Source: Octopus vulgaris (taxonomy: Eukaryota). From it: 64,000 nucleotides of DNA. Positions 53,395 to 64,000 of the stretch are shown one piece after another (within the stretch, counting starts at the first letter, position 1; each line of letters starts with the position of its first letter). The translations under genes and the position numbers were made by a program. Below the pieces are notes generated by a model. The model was not told where the DNA came from, did not search any database, and worked only from the letters and a program-made list of their open reading frames with translations. The stretch is from contig OX597832.1 in the NCBI GenBank assembly GCA_951406725.2, forward strand, positions 28,148,001-28,212,000. Direction: 5' to 3'.

Positions 53395-54423
53395 CACAGC
53401 CTAAACTTGCATCACAGCAAACCCAGAATTGTCCCAGAAAAGTCTCTTGTTGACTCCTGCTGTGTTGTGACCTGGTAAAGAGTATCAACTTCATGTTGAT
53501 ATTACGCAAAGGAGTAAAATGAACGAGTATCGGATATCAGAATGTGATATTGAGCAGGAGTACATGACAGTTGTGACATCAGCTTTGTCTCGGGAGTTAT
53601 CCAGAGGAATATCATCTTTACCGTCATCATCGTCATCGCTTTTGCCGTCATCACTATTGCCGTCGTCATCGCTTTTGCCGTCATCACTATTGCCGTCGTC
53701 ATTGCTTTTGCCGTCATCATCGTCATCGCTTTTGCTGTCATCACTGCTGCCGTCATCATTATCTCTGTCATCATCATAGTTGTTGTGATCCTCATAGTTG
53801 ATGTTGTTGTTGTCATGATTGTCACCATCAAAAGTTTAACATCTGTTTTCCATGCCGTCATGGGTCAGAGTGTTAGTCAGGTTTTGGTGAGTTGTAGGGC
53901 TGTGGTGAACTCCAGTGTCTGCTTTGGTATGGTTTCTATGGCTTGATGCCCATCCAAATGCCAACCACTTTACAGCGTGTACTCCGCACCACCACCACCA
54001 CCACCACCACACCACCACCACCACCACCACCACTCACCTAAAGTGTCCAATGCCTATTGCATTCCACCAAACACACACCAATATTTCCTTACAGATCTGG
54101 TTTGGGTGTTGGATTCAGATTTTCATTTAGAGACAAACACTGCTTCTTGCGTTTGCTGTTGGCATGAATTACCCATTTCTCACTCGTTCGGGTCACTTGA
54201 ACACTTTATTGCCAGTGGGAAAAAAAAAACCCCATTTACAAGCAAGGACGATGTCAAACTGGTCACCCCAAACACTTTCTTTTTCTAAAGAGCCTGATTT
54301 TTGTGGTCCATGGATAGAAAAAGGCTGGTTTCGAAAGAGGAAAAAATATCATTGCTAATGTTGGTGATCATATCTTGAACGAATCTATTTACAATATCCT
54401 TTAATAATAATAATAATAATAAT

Positions 54424-54700
54424 AATTGTGTACAGTGCTCAGGTGCACTACAACTCATCTAAAGTGTATATATAGTCAGGTGTAGTTTCGGCGGATTTCG
54501 GAAAGCATGAGGGCCTTAAAAGATGCAGTGTCATGGCAGTCAACAACTGACGCAGGCAGTTTATTCCATGCTTCAGCAACTCTGAGCGTGAAAAAATGTT
54601 TCCAAAAGTCATGGGAGCTGTGTTGTTTTCTGACTTTGTAGGCATGTCCACGTGTGTTGGACACATGGAGATCAAAAAGGTGTTCAGTGTTGTTGTTGGT
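54424..54700 (-). mobile_element. CR1-like LINE 3' end
   Basis: TRGHAYKVRKQHSSHDFWKHFFTLRVAEAWNKLPASVV; (TTA)n tail. Confidence 0.85.
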
Positions 54701-55074
54701 GAGGTGGTTGATTTGAACTCATTACAAGAAATAGGGTCCCACTTTTTGGGACTTCTGTTAATATTCCATATAACACTGGCATAACACTTTGGAGACATCA
54801 CTGGTGCCCCAACTTTGCAATGCATTATGAGACTTGGCACCCTCACCCCTACAACTTGTGCACAGATACAGTTACAGGACTGTCTGTCTGTCTCTCTGTC
54901 TGTCTGTTGGTCTGTCTCTCTGTCTGTCTGGGTGACATCTGTTGACTCTAAACAGTTATAAGTGCAAGCAATAAACACAATTTTCATTGAAAGCTGACTC
55001 CCTGCTCCCCTCCTCATCTCTTAATAGTATACTTCACTCACAAACAACTGCATTACATGCACACACACACACAC

Positions 55075-55101
55075 ATGTATATAAAACTAGACAGAGTAGA
55101 T

Positions 55102-55146
<45 letters not shown>

Positions 55147-55169
55147 TATAAAACTAGACAGGGTAGATG

Positions 55170-55207
<38 letters not shown>

Positions 55208-55231
55208 ATATAAAACTAGACAGGGTAGATT

Positions 55232-55283
<52 letters not shown>

Positions 55284-55307
55284 ATATAGAACTAGACAGG
55301 GTAGATG

Positions 55308-55345
<38 letters not shown>
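55075..55345. repeat. Composite minisatellite: fixed ~27-bp spacer plus variable (CA)n, four units
   Basis: gtatataaaactagacagggtagatg(ctg)(ca)n repeated four times. Confidence 0.9.
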
Positions 55346-55398
55346 TATAGAAGTACATGCATCTATGGAACAGAATAGTCGCAATTCACATGCACACA

Positions 55399-55573
55399 CA
55401 TCGAAAAAATACCTTAGGAATGAGAACCCAGGTTCGAAATTTCTCCAAGACAACCTGATGAAGGCTGGAGGGTATATTAGCCGAAACATTGTGTTAACAA
55501 CAAACAAGATTAAGAGAAATATCCATCAAATGTAAATAATGTAGACAATTCCTCATCTCTTAAATATAGAACT
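55399..55573 (+). mobile_element. Third, head-less copy of the hammerhead-like SINE body
   Basis: Aligns end to end with 44042-44224. Confidence 0.8.
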
Positions 55574-55746
55574 AAACTCTGTCGTTATTAAGTTGGTGTC
55601 TGGAACTTAGACTAATGCGAACTTTTGATGGACAGTTTTAAGTTAGATCACTTTAACCCTTCTGAAGAAATACATTGCCTTTCGTTGCAATTAATTTTTG
55701 AAATAATGAAGAATCAAGTAAAATAAGTCTGTCAAATATCAATAAT

Positions 55747-56150
55747 AGGCGCAGGAGTGGCTGCGTGGTAAGTAGCTTGCTAACCAACCACATGGTTCTG
55801 GGTTCAGTCCCACTGCGTGGTACTTTGGGCAAGTGTCTTCTACTATAGCCTCGGGCCGACCAAAGCCTTGTGAGTGGATTTGGTAGACAGAAACTGAAAG
55901 AAGCCTGTCGTATATATGTATGTATGTGTGTGTGTATTTGTGTGTCTGTGTTTGTCTCCCTAGCATTGCTTGACAACCGATGCTGGTGTGTTTACGTCCC
56001 CGTCACTTAGCGGTTCGGCAAAAGAGACCGATAGAATAAGTACTAGGCTTACAAAGAATAAGTCCCGGGGTCGATTTGGTCGACTAAAGGCGGTGCTCCA
56101 GCATGGCCGCAGTCAAATGACTGAAACAAGTAAAAGAGTAAAAGAGTAAA
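55747..56150 (+). mobile_element. SINE B full-length copy
   Basis: Family B similarity. Confidence 0.9.
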
Positions 56151-57992
56151 AGAATGTATATAATGTACATTAATGGACTGTTCCAATAAAAGTGTTGGCA
56201 GGGTTGTTTGTGAGTGTGTTACTTGGAGGTCGTTAAGGGTTTGAGCAAACACATTATTAACAATGTATAATTAAATAGCTGGTTTTATCTAATTGACATC
56301 AGATACATGCTGTACAATGTAGAACAAGTACTCCACACCCATTGTAGTCTTTGGGGTTTAACTAAAGACTGGCTTACACCCCCACCACACACACTCACAC
56401 ACACACAAAGGACCAGATTATTATATAAGGGTGTGTGTGTGTGTGTGTGTTACAACAGGCATTCAATAGGCAACAGTTCAATAAGTTTGACCTTGAGACC
56501 CCCACCTTGCCCCCTGGCCTAATTCTGACTCTTAATTGACACCCCCACCTCTAAATCGCATACACTCCTACTTCTAGTAAAAAAAAAACAAAAAAAAAAC
56601 AGAAAAAGAATCCTCTCCCATTATGACCATCACCACCACCACCTTATCCACTTGTAACAACTGCGACTGCCTGATATACACACATCTGGTTTTCATATGT
56701 GAAAAGGGCCTTCTGTCAACAGGACACCCAGCAATAATAACATGCTCCCACCATCTGCAAGGATACAAACGCTCTGAACAAAAGTAAAAAAAAACACAAA
56801 AACTAATCCCTAACAAAGAAAGTAAAAGAACAGTGCAGGGGTGGGTGGGGATGTGGGTGGGGGTGTGGCTGCTTTGTTAAAGGAGAAAGCAAATACAGAA
56901 ATTGGGAAGAAATAGTAACATCTGATCATCATCAACATCTTCACCACTCTGCTGCAATCATCATCATCATCATCATTCCTACAATACCATCACTACTGCT
57001 GCTGCTGCTGCTGCTACTACTACTACTACCACCACCACCACCACCCTCCTCCTTACTGTTTTCATCACCTTCATAACCACTACCGGCACCATCCTCCTCC
57101 TCCTCTTCATCATCATCACAGTAATCATCATCCTCATCATTGTCACCACAACATTGCAAACCATCACCACAACCATCATTACACATGGACACACGCATAC
57201 ACTACCATCATCACAGCCATCACTATGATCATCATCACCATCACATTAACGAAGATAACCACCACGACTACTATCGTCATCATCATTATCATCATCGTCA
57301 TCAATATGATACTAATGTCATGATTGTAGCCAGTGAGTATGCGTGGACATACCTGACTGTGTGAATGTGCATATACATGTGTGTATATCTACATGGATGT
57401 GAAACATGTGGCTGTGTACGAATGTGTATGTGAGCACATACATGCATGCATGCATGTGTGTATGGGCAAATGTGTGTGTATCTGCAGTTGGAAATGTGTA
57501 AGTATGCACGTGTACATGTGCACGTATGTGGGTATATATACAAATGTGTGTATGTGGTTGTCTGTATGTGGTTGTCTACTTCTCTTCATTCCTTCTTGAA
57601 TGCCAATGTTGATGAGTTTACCAATTCCAACGTTGTCTGTGGTTTGGATCCGTTTGTCTTAATCTACAACAGACATTCTATTGACTTATTCTATAAAACA
57701 CATTGACAAACTACATTGTCCCATTTCCTCAAGAAGAAGGGTCGCTCTCTCTCTCTCTCTCTCTCTCTCTCCTTTCCCACCACATCTACACCCGCCCACC
57801 CATACCCTCGCCCTCCACCCACGTGGCCATGTAATGTCTACATTGTCTCAGAGTCATTCACAATTTATACCAAATTAGAATCGTAATATTCTGCACATGT
57901 CTGCTGTTGTAGTCGCTTGATAGACATCGCCTAATCTTGGAGTAAAATGCCATCAGAATCTCTTGGAGATGATTTCTAATAAGAATAACAGC

Positions 57993-58042
<50 letters not shown>

Positions 58043-58314
58043 TATATAATCAAAATAAGCAACAAGGATATCCAAGGTAGTGTAGTACAATCGTTTCATG
58101 CTACTTCATTTTATTAAATAATGTAAGTATATATATATATATTATATTATATTATATATTATATATTATATATATATAATGGTTCATATATAATGTAAGT
58201 ATATATATATATATATATTATATCATATTATATATTATATATTATATTATATATTATATATATATAATGGTTCATATATAATATTATATATAATATATTA
58301 TATATATATATACT

Positions 58315-58536
58315 TTTTACTCTTTTACTTGTTTCAGTCATTTGACTGTGGCTATGCTGGAGCACCGCCTTTAGTCGACCAAATCGACTCCATGACTTAT
58401 TCTTTGTAAGCCTAGTACTTATTCTATCGGTCTCTTTTGCCAAACAGCTAAGTTACAGGGACGTAAACACACCAGCATCGATTGTCAAGTGATGTTGGGG
58501 GGACAAACATATATACACACATACAAACATATATAC

Positions 58537-58583
<47 letters not shown>

Positions 58584-58745
58584 CATACATATATAAGATG
58601 GGCTTCTTTCAGTTCCTGTCTACCAAATCCACTCACAAGGCTTTGGTCAGCCCAAGGCTATAGTAGAAGACACTTGCCCAAGGTGCCACACAGTGGGACT
58701 GAACCCGGAACCATGTGGTTCATTAGCAAGCTACTTACCACACAA
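58315..58745 (-). mobile_element. SINE B copy
   Basis: Family B similarity. Confidence 0.9.
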
Positions 58746-59327
58746 AGGAAAAGAAATGACACAGGAAAAACAATGGCTATATATATACATATATATATAT
58801 TTGAAATGAGATTATTCGAGAAGGGAGCAGAGTGAATGATGGGATTGCAGAATGCCATAAGCTGGGTCAGACATGTCACAAGATTCACAGACCCATGCAG
58901 GTGCTGAGTGGTATCAAAGAGATTGGAAAAGAGAGGCCATTTGGAAAGCCTCTGCAAAGAGAGGAAGAGGACTTAGTTAAGCAATTTGGGTCAAAATAGA
59001 AAAGAATGGCAATCAAGACAGGAATGGAAGTGGATTGTGATCAGCGGTGTATAACAATTTCTGGTGGTCTGGTTGATACCGTGTATGTGTGTGTGAGTGT
59101 ATGTGTGTGTGCATAAAAGCAGTACGTATGTGATATGTTTAACATTTTTAAAGGCAATTTCACTGCAGTTTATCATGAGCGGGGGGGGGGGGGTTCTTGC
59201 TTATGGGGAAAGGGTAGGTGTGAATGTAAGAAAGAATTTTTCCTTCATGGTAATCTTCAATGAAATTGCATTTAGAAGTTATATGTCACAAACATATTTG
59301 AACTAATGTAAAATTTAAATACACAAG

Positions 59328-59359
<32 letters not shown>

Positions 59360-59991
59360 CACACACACACATACACACACAAACACATATACATATATAT
59401 ACACATACACACATTACTGGTAGTAATGAAAGAGAATCATAGTACTCAACATCATAAAGCAGAGCATCAATATGATAGGATGAAAGAATAATAGATGAAA
59501 GAACCTAATAATAGGTTCATTGTGTAGGAGGCATGCAATTTGTCAGGTCACCGTGATAGTTACTCTGTTGTGCAATTGTGCAATAAGTTGATATGTAAAT
59601 ACCCTTCTGTAATGATGTAGAATAACTATCATGATTCCATTAACTACTGTGTGTGTGTGTGTGTGTGTGTATTAATGTTTGCTTTTACGGGAAGTTATAT
59701 ATAGAAACAATGTAAGAGTATGCTGAAGAATTAGGAGAGTATGTTTATTAAACTTTCACCAGAAGTGTGATGGTCACTTCAAAGTTTCGGTTTATAAGCC
59801 TTCATCAGACTGTGCTACAATCGGGTTTGTTTTTTGGCTTTATTTAATCTTTGGTAAGCTGTTTTTCTGGGGTACATGGAACTATGTGAATGATAATTAG
59901 GTTTGGTGTATATAGCTGTGGGAAGAAGAGAGACAAAGTGAGAGAGACAGAAAAAGACAGAGGGGAGAGAGAGGGAAAAAATAAGACTGAC

Positions 59992-60137
59992 CTCAATATT
60001 TCCTCGCCATCGATCCGCAGCATTGCGTGCTAACTCCAGCTCTTTCTCCTTCATGCCCCGATGCCGTTTGTATAAAATTTCCACAAAGATCAGTAGTACT
60101 CCAGCTACAATACCTCCAGCAACCATCATAAACACAC
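59992..60137 (-). CDS. GRIN1: GluN1 exon, M4 transmembrane helix and C0 segment
   Basis: (G)[48 protein letters not shown] vs human [27 protein letters not shown]...VNVWRKNLQ. Acceptor tttgcag, donor gtcagt, 146 nt, ends phase 0 at the position equivalent to the vertebrate C0/C1 boundary. Confidence 0.97.
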
Positions 60138-60282
60138 CTGCAAATGGACATCAACAACACCGGGTAGAATGCATAGGAAAGTGGACATGGAAATAAGGGT
60201 GGCACAGAAGGAAGATAGACATATACATTCATACATGCTTATATGCATACACACACACACATACTTAATATATATATATGTT

Positions 60283-60945
60283 ACTCTTTTACTTGTTTCA
60301 TTCATTTGACTGGCCATGCTGGAGCACCACCTTTAGTCGAGCAAATCGACCCCAAGACTTATTCTTTGGAAGCCTAGTACTTATTCTATCGGTTGTCAAG
60401 GGATGTTGGGGGGAGGGGACAAACACAGACACACACATATATATATATCTATATATATATATTATATATACATATATTTTATTTATTTTTTTTTTTTGTA
60501 CTTGTTTCAGTCATTTGACTGCGGCCATGCTGGAGCACCGCCTTTTAGAGTGGTGAAAGAGTACAGCAGGGATCACCACCTCCTGCCGGAGCCTCGTGGA
60601 ACTTTTAGGTGTTTTTTCGCTCAATAAACACACACAACGCCCGGTCTGGGAATCGAAACCACGATCCTCCGACCGCAAGTCCGCTGCCCTAACCACTAGG
60701 CCATTGCGCCTCCACTAGGCCATTGCGTCTCCACATATACGACAGGCTTCTTTTCAGTTTCCGTCTACCTTGGGTTGATCAAAGCTTTGTGAGTGGATCT
60801 GGTTGATGGAGTCTGAAAGAAGCCTGGATGGTCTGACTGAAAACTGATAAACTGGGGCGTTGCACCAGGTTCCAGTCTGATTTGGCAGAGTTTCTGCAGC
60901 TGGATGCCCTACCTAAAGCCAACCACCCCAAGAATGTAGTGGGTG
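60283..60945 (-). mobile_element. Nested SINE cluster: SINE B pieces, a distinct tRNA-headed SINE (60548-60733, 19-bp head duplication) and a V-like fragment
   Basis: rc tggcctagtggttagggcagcggacttgcggtcggaggatcgtggtttcgattccc is a tRNA-like head; ccactaggccattgcg is repeated twice. Confidence 0.75.
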
Positions 60946-61220
60946 CTCCTGTATTTTCTTTTAGCCAAAGCCAGAAACTTTTCGGCATCCCATCATGTGT
61001 GTACAACCACATGTAACTCATACACATAAACATGACCAATCACACATACGCATATGCACACACACTTATACATACACATACGTATAAGCATGTGGTCTTA
61101 CATGGCTCACACGCATATACATGACGATACATGTCCGGATGGTCACATTCCTTAAAAAAAAACTCACTGTCCAAATTAGCCAAGAAACCCCCATGTAGCA
61201 TCAAGATGTCTGTATCTTAC

Positions 61221-61325
61221 CTGCCATGTTGGTGAGTCCGAGTGTGGCTGGTGATGAGTCCCTCTCTGGACAATTATGGCTTTCTACTAAGATCCACTTG
61301 GAGTCTAAGTCTTCCATAAAACCAC
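61221..61325 (-). CDS. GRIN1: GluN1 exon, end of S2 and pre-M4 linker
   Basis: (S)GFMEDLDSKWILVESHNCPERDSSPATLGLTNMA(G) matches GluN1 GFMEDLDKTW...C...APATLTFENMAG. Acceptor ttttgtctcag, donor gtaaga, 105 nt, phase 1/1, in frame with both neighbours. Confidence 0.97.
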
Positions 61326-61444
61326 CTGAGACAAAAAGGAAGAAAAACAAAAAAAAAAAACGAGATTCATTTAGAATTCTTTTGTAAACACTTGATAACA
61401 ACAACAACAACAACAGTAATTTCTCACATTCGCACAAGACAAGA

Positions 61445-61805
61445 AATTTTGTGGGTGGTACTTTACTTTATCAACCCTGGTACTTTAAAGACCCTGAAAG
61501 GATGAAAAGCAAAGGCAATCTTGGTGGAATTTGAACTTAGAACGTAAAGCCAGGCAAAATGCCACTAATCGTTTTGCCCAATGTGCTAATGATTCTGTCA
61601 GCTTCATACCTAAATGATAATAATAATAATAATAATAATTTTTTAAAAAATTAATTCTACTCTAGGCACAACGCCTGAAATTTTGAAGGAGGGGCCAGTT
61701 GATTAGATCGACCCTAGTACACAATTGGTACTTAATTTATCGACCCAAAAGGGTGAAAGGCAATGTCGACCTTGGCAGAATTTGAACTCAGAATGTAAAG
61801 ACAGA
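61445..61805 (-). mobile_element. Two SINE A fragments in the GluN1 intron
   Basis: Family A similarity. Confidence 0.75.
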
Positions 61806-62115
61806 TGGGTATAACCGGTTTAAATGCTAAAGGGTTAAAACCCTTCAATATGAAACATACACCCATCACCATTGCCGCAGCCAACAACAATGTGAGATAA
61901 AGTGAGAACCTTTATGTGGTCACTTGACCTTACAGAAATAGATGCCAAAGCAGCCTCAAATTACACCCTACGATTTTAAAAAGAGAAGGCGACATTGGAT
62001 AAAGACTGGATGGTCATGGCTGGATTATGCCATTGCTGATAGGAATGGTCAGTCATGGCAGATGTGGACTTAACAAAAACAACAACAACACAAATATTTT
62101 AGGGTTGTAGAACCC

Positions 62116-62342
62116 TTAACCCTTTAGTATTTAAACAGGCCATATCCGGCCAAAATATTTAATCTGTTTTATGTTCAAACTGACCAGATCCAGGCCCTCA
62201 CACCTACCCTACAATGTTATTCTACATTAAATAATTACACCATCAAGATCTTGAAGATATGAGAAAATGCATGATTGATTCAAATCAATGTGAATCAATA
62301 AATATTATGTTTGATAGAATAATCAGAACACTAAAGGGTTAA
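62116..62342. mobile_element. Second piggyBac-like MITE family
   Basis: ttaaccctttagt...actaaagggttaa, TTAA at both ends. Confidence 0.8.
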
Positions 62343-62429
62343 AGTACTGACTCAAACTCTGTAAAGACAGAGTCAGAGCTGAATACTGACCACAACATCA
62401 CCACATGTCATGTTATCAAAGCAACTTAC

Positions 62430-62602
62430 TTTCATGGAAACTGAGAATAGATAACGATATCTCCTGTGTCCAGGGACTGTGTTTCCTGAGACCGATGCCG
62501 TAGCCAGAACGTCCAAACAGTTCTCCAGCAGTGACCAGTTCGCAATCATTTGCGGCTTCGAATTCTAAACGGGAAGAATCCCAAATAAAAGCCTGAAGTT
62601 TT
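62430..62602 (-). CDS. GRIN1: NMDA receptor GluN1 (NR1) exon, S2 lobe of the glycine-binding domain; gene continues upstream beyond the window
   Basis: Encodes [57 protein letters not shown], aligning with vertebrate GluN1 [44 protein letters not shown]. Acceptor ttttttgcag, donor gtaagt, 173 nt, phase 2 to phase 1. Confidence 0.97.
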
Positions 62603-62705
62603 CTGCAAAAAAGAAAAGGAAACAAAATTTTGGTTAAGGATTGAAAATCTCACAACGAAGCTTGGACAATTAATTAGGTTTTAATTACGTAAAACAGATG
62701 AAATA

Positions 62706-62878
62706 GGAGCAGGAGTGGCTGTGTGGTAAGTAGCTTGCTTACCAACCATAATGGTTCCGGGTTCAGTCCTACTGCGTGGCACCTTGGGCAAGTGTCTTCT
62801 ACTATAGCCCCAGGCCGACCAAAGCCTTGTGAGTGGATTTGGTAGATGGAAACTGAAAGAAGCCCTTCCTAATATATG

Positions 62879-62910
<32 letters not shown>

Positions 62911-63358
62911 CATGTATATGTTTGTGTTTGTTCCCCCAACATCGTTTGATAACCGGTGCTGGTGTGTTTACATCCCCATCACTTAGCGGTTCGGCAAGAG
63001 AGATCGATAGAATAAGTACCAGGCTTACAAAGAATAAGTCCTGGGTGGGGGGCGATTTGCTCCACTAAATGACTGAGACCCTTGGCAATATCCAGCGCTT
63101 GAGAAGAAGACCCATCAAGCCAAGCAAAATCATAGTCATGGCCGATACTGGCGTCACGCAGCTAGCACCTGTGACACGTAAAAGCACCCATTACACTCTT
63201 GGAGTGGTTGGCATTAGGAAAGGCACCCAGCCTTAGAAACCTTGCCAAATCAGACTGGAGTCTGGTGCAGCCCCTCAATTTACCGGCCCCGGTCAAATAG
63301 TATAACCCATGCCAGCATTTACAACAGAAGTTGAATGATGATGATGATGATGATGATT
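62706..63358 (+). mobile_element. SINE B running directly into a V-like SINE body (chimeric or dimeric)
   Basis: Family B to about 63075, then the V-like body and (GAT)n tail. Confidence 0.75.
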
Positions 63359-63371
63359 ATTGTTATTATTA

Positions 63372-63430
<59 letters not shown>

Positions 63431-64000
63431 CATCATCATCATCAAACTGGTGTTTAGAACACAACATGAAATAATAGAAGGTTTTAATTTAGATCACTTC
63501 AAGATAGGAAGTTGGTGCCAGAAAACCAGGGATGGTCTCAGGCAATTTAATACCAGAAGAATCAGAACTTCAACAGCAACAACAATTAACATTTCAAATC
63601 CAAGACACAATTTTATTCATCCCTCCTCGTTTGTTTATTGATTAACTCTTTTGTTACCATATTTGGTATCTTAGAACTTCTTCTCTGACTGATCAACGAC
63701 AACCCTCTTAGCCTCAAGCTGCTGTTCACTCTGACCATTATCAGCTGACCAATGTCGACCAATGAAAATCAAATAGGAAGGCATGCATCATGTTTTACAT
63801 TCTTTGAATAAGGATTGAATGAATCACCAACTTTTGAAGAAATATGTTAAGGAAGTCTAAGATTAAATTCAACACTTTTGTTACCATATTTCTGTTGAGA
63901 TGCTCTGTGTTTCTTTCAATTAATTTTGAATATAACAAAGAATTTAGCAAAATAGCTTAGTTATCATTAAGCTAGTGTTACGAACATAAATTGTGACTAA

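Noticed and set aside
53502-53861. ORFs MTAWKTDV... and MNEYRISEC...
   Set aside because: Dominated by a TCA/GCC 15-bp tandem repeat; no splice signals linking them to GluN1.
55075-55345. CRISPR-like alternation of constant repeats and variable spacers
   Set aside because: The spacers are (CA)n, the context is eukaryotic, and there are no cas genes.

Overview
AT-rich animal genomic DNA crowded with microsatellites and SINEs. The SINE families look like those of octopus/coleoid cephalopods (inference from recall, not searched). The only supportable protein-coding gene is the 3' half of an NMDA receptor GluN1 (NR1/GRIN1) gene on the minus strand. It has three constitutive exons (S2 ligand-binding lobe, pre-M4, M4+C0; 59992-62602) that join in frame with GT-AG boundaries. 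Two distant phase-0 exons follow, both beginning KR(K/R)TLRQ (starting at 41346 and 24865), suggesting alternative C-terminal tails made by exon duplication. The rest is intron, possible long 3' UTR and intergenic sequence with at least four SINE families, CR1, RTE and R4/Dong LINE fragments, Tc1/mariner, piggyBac-like and palindromic MITEs, and simple repeats. The most unusual signal is about nine minimal hammerhead-ribozyme-like motifs of the Penelope-associated type. One belongs to an element that joins a tRNA-like Pol III head to a hammerhead-bearing body and has an adjacent inverted, head-less copy. Nearly all ORFs in the supplied track are translations of microsatellites or SINEs.
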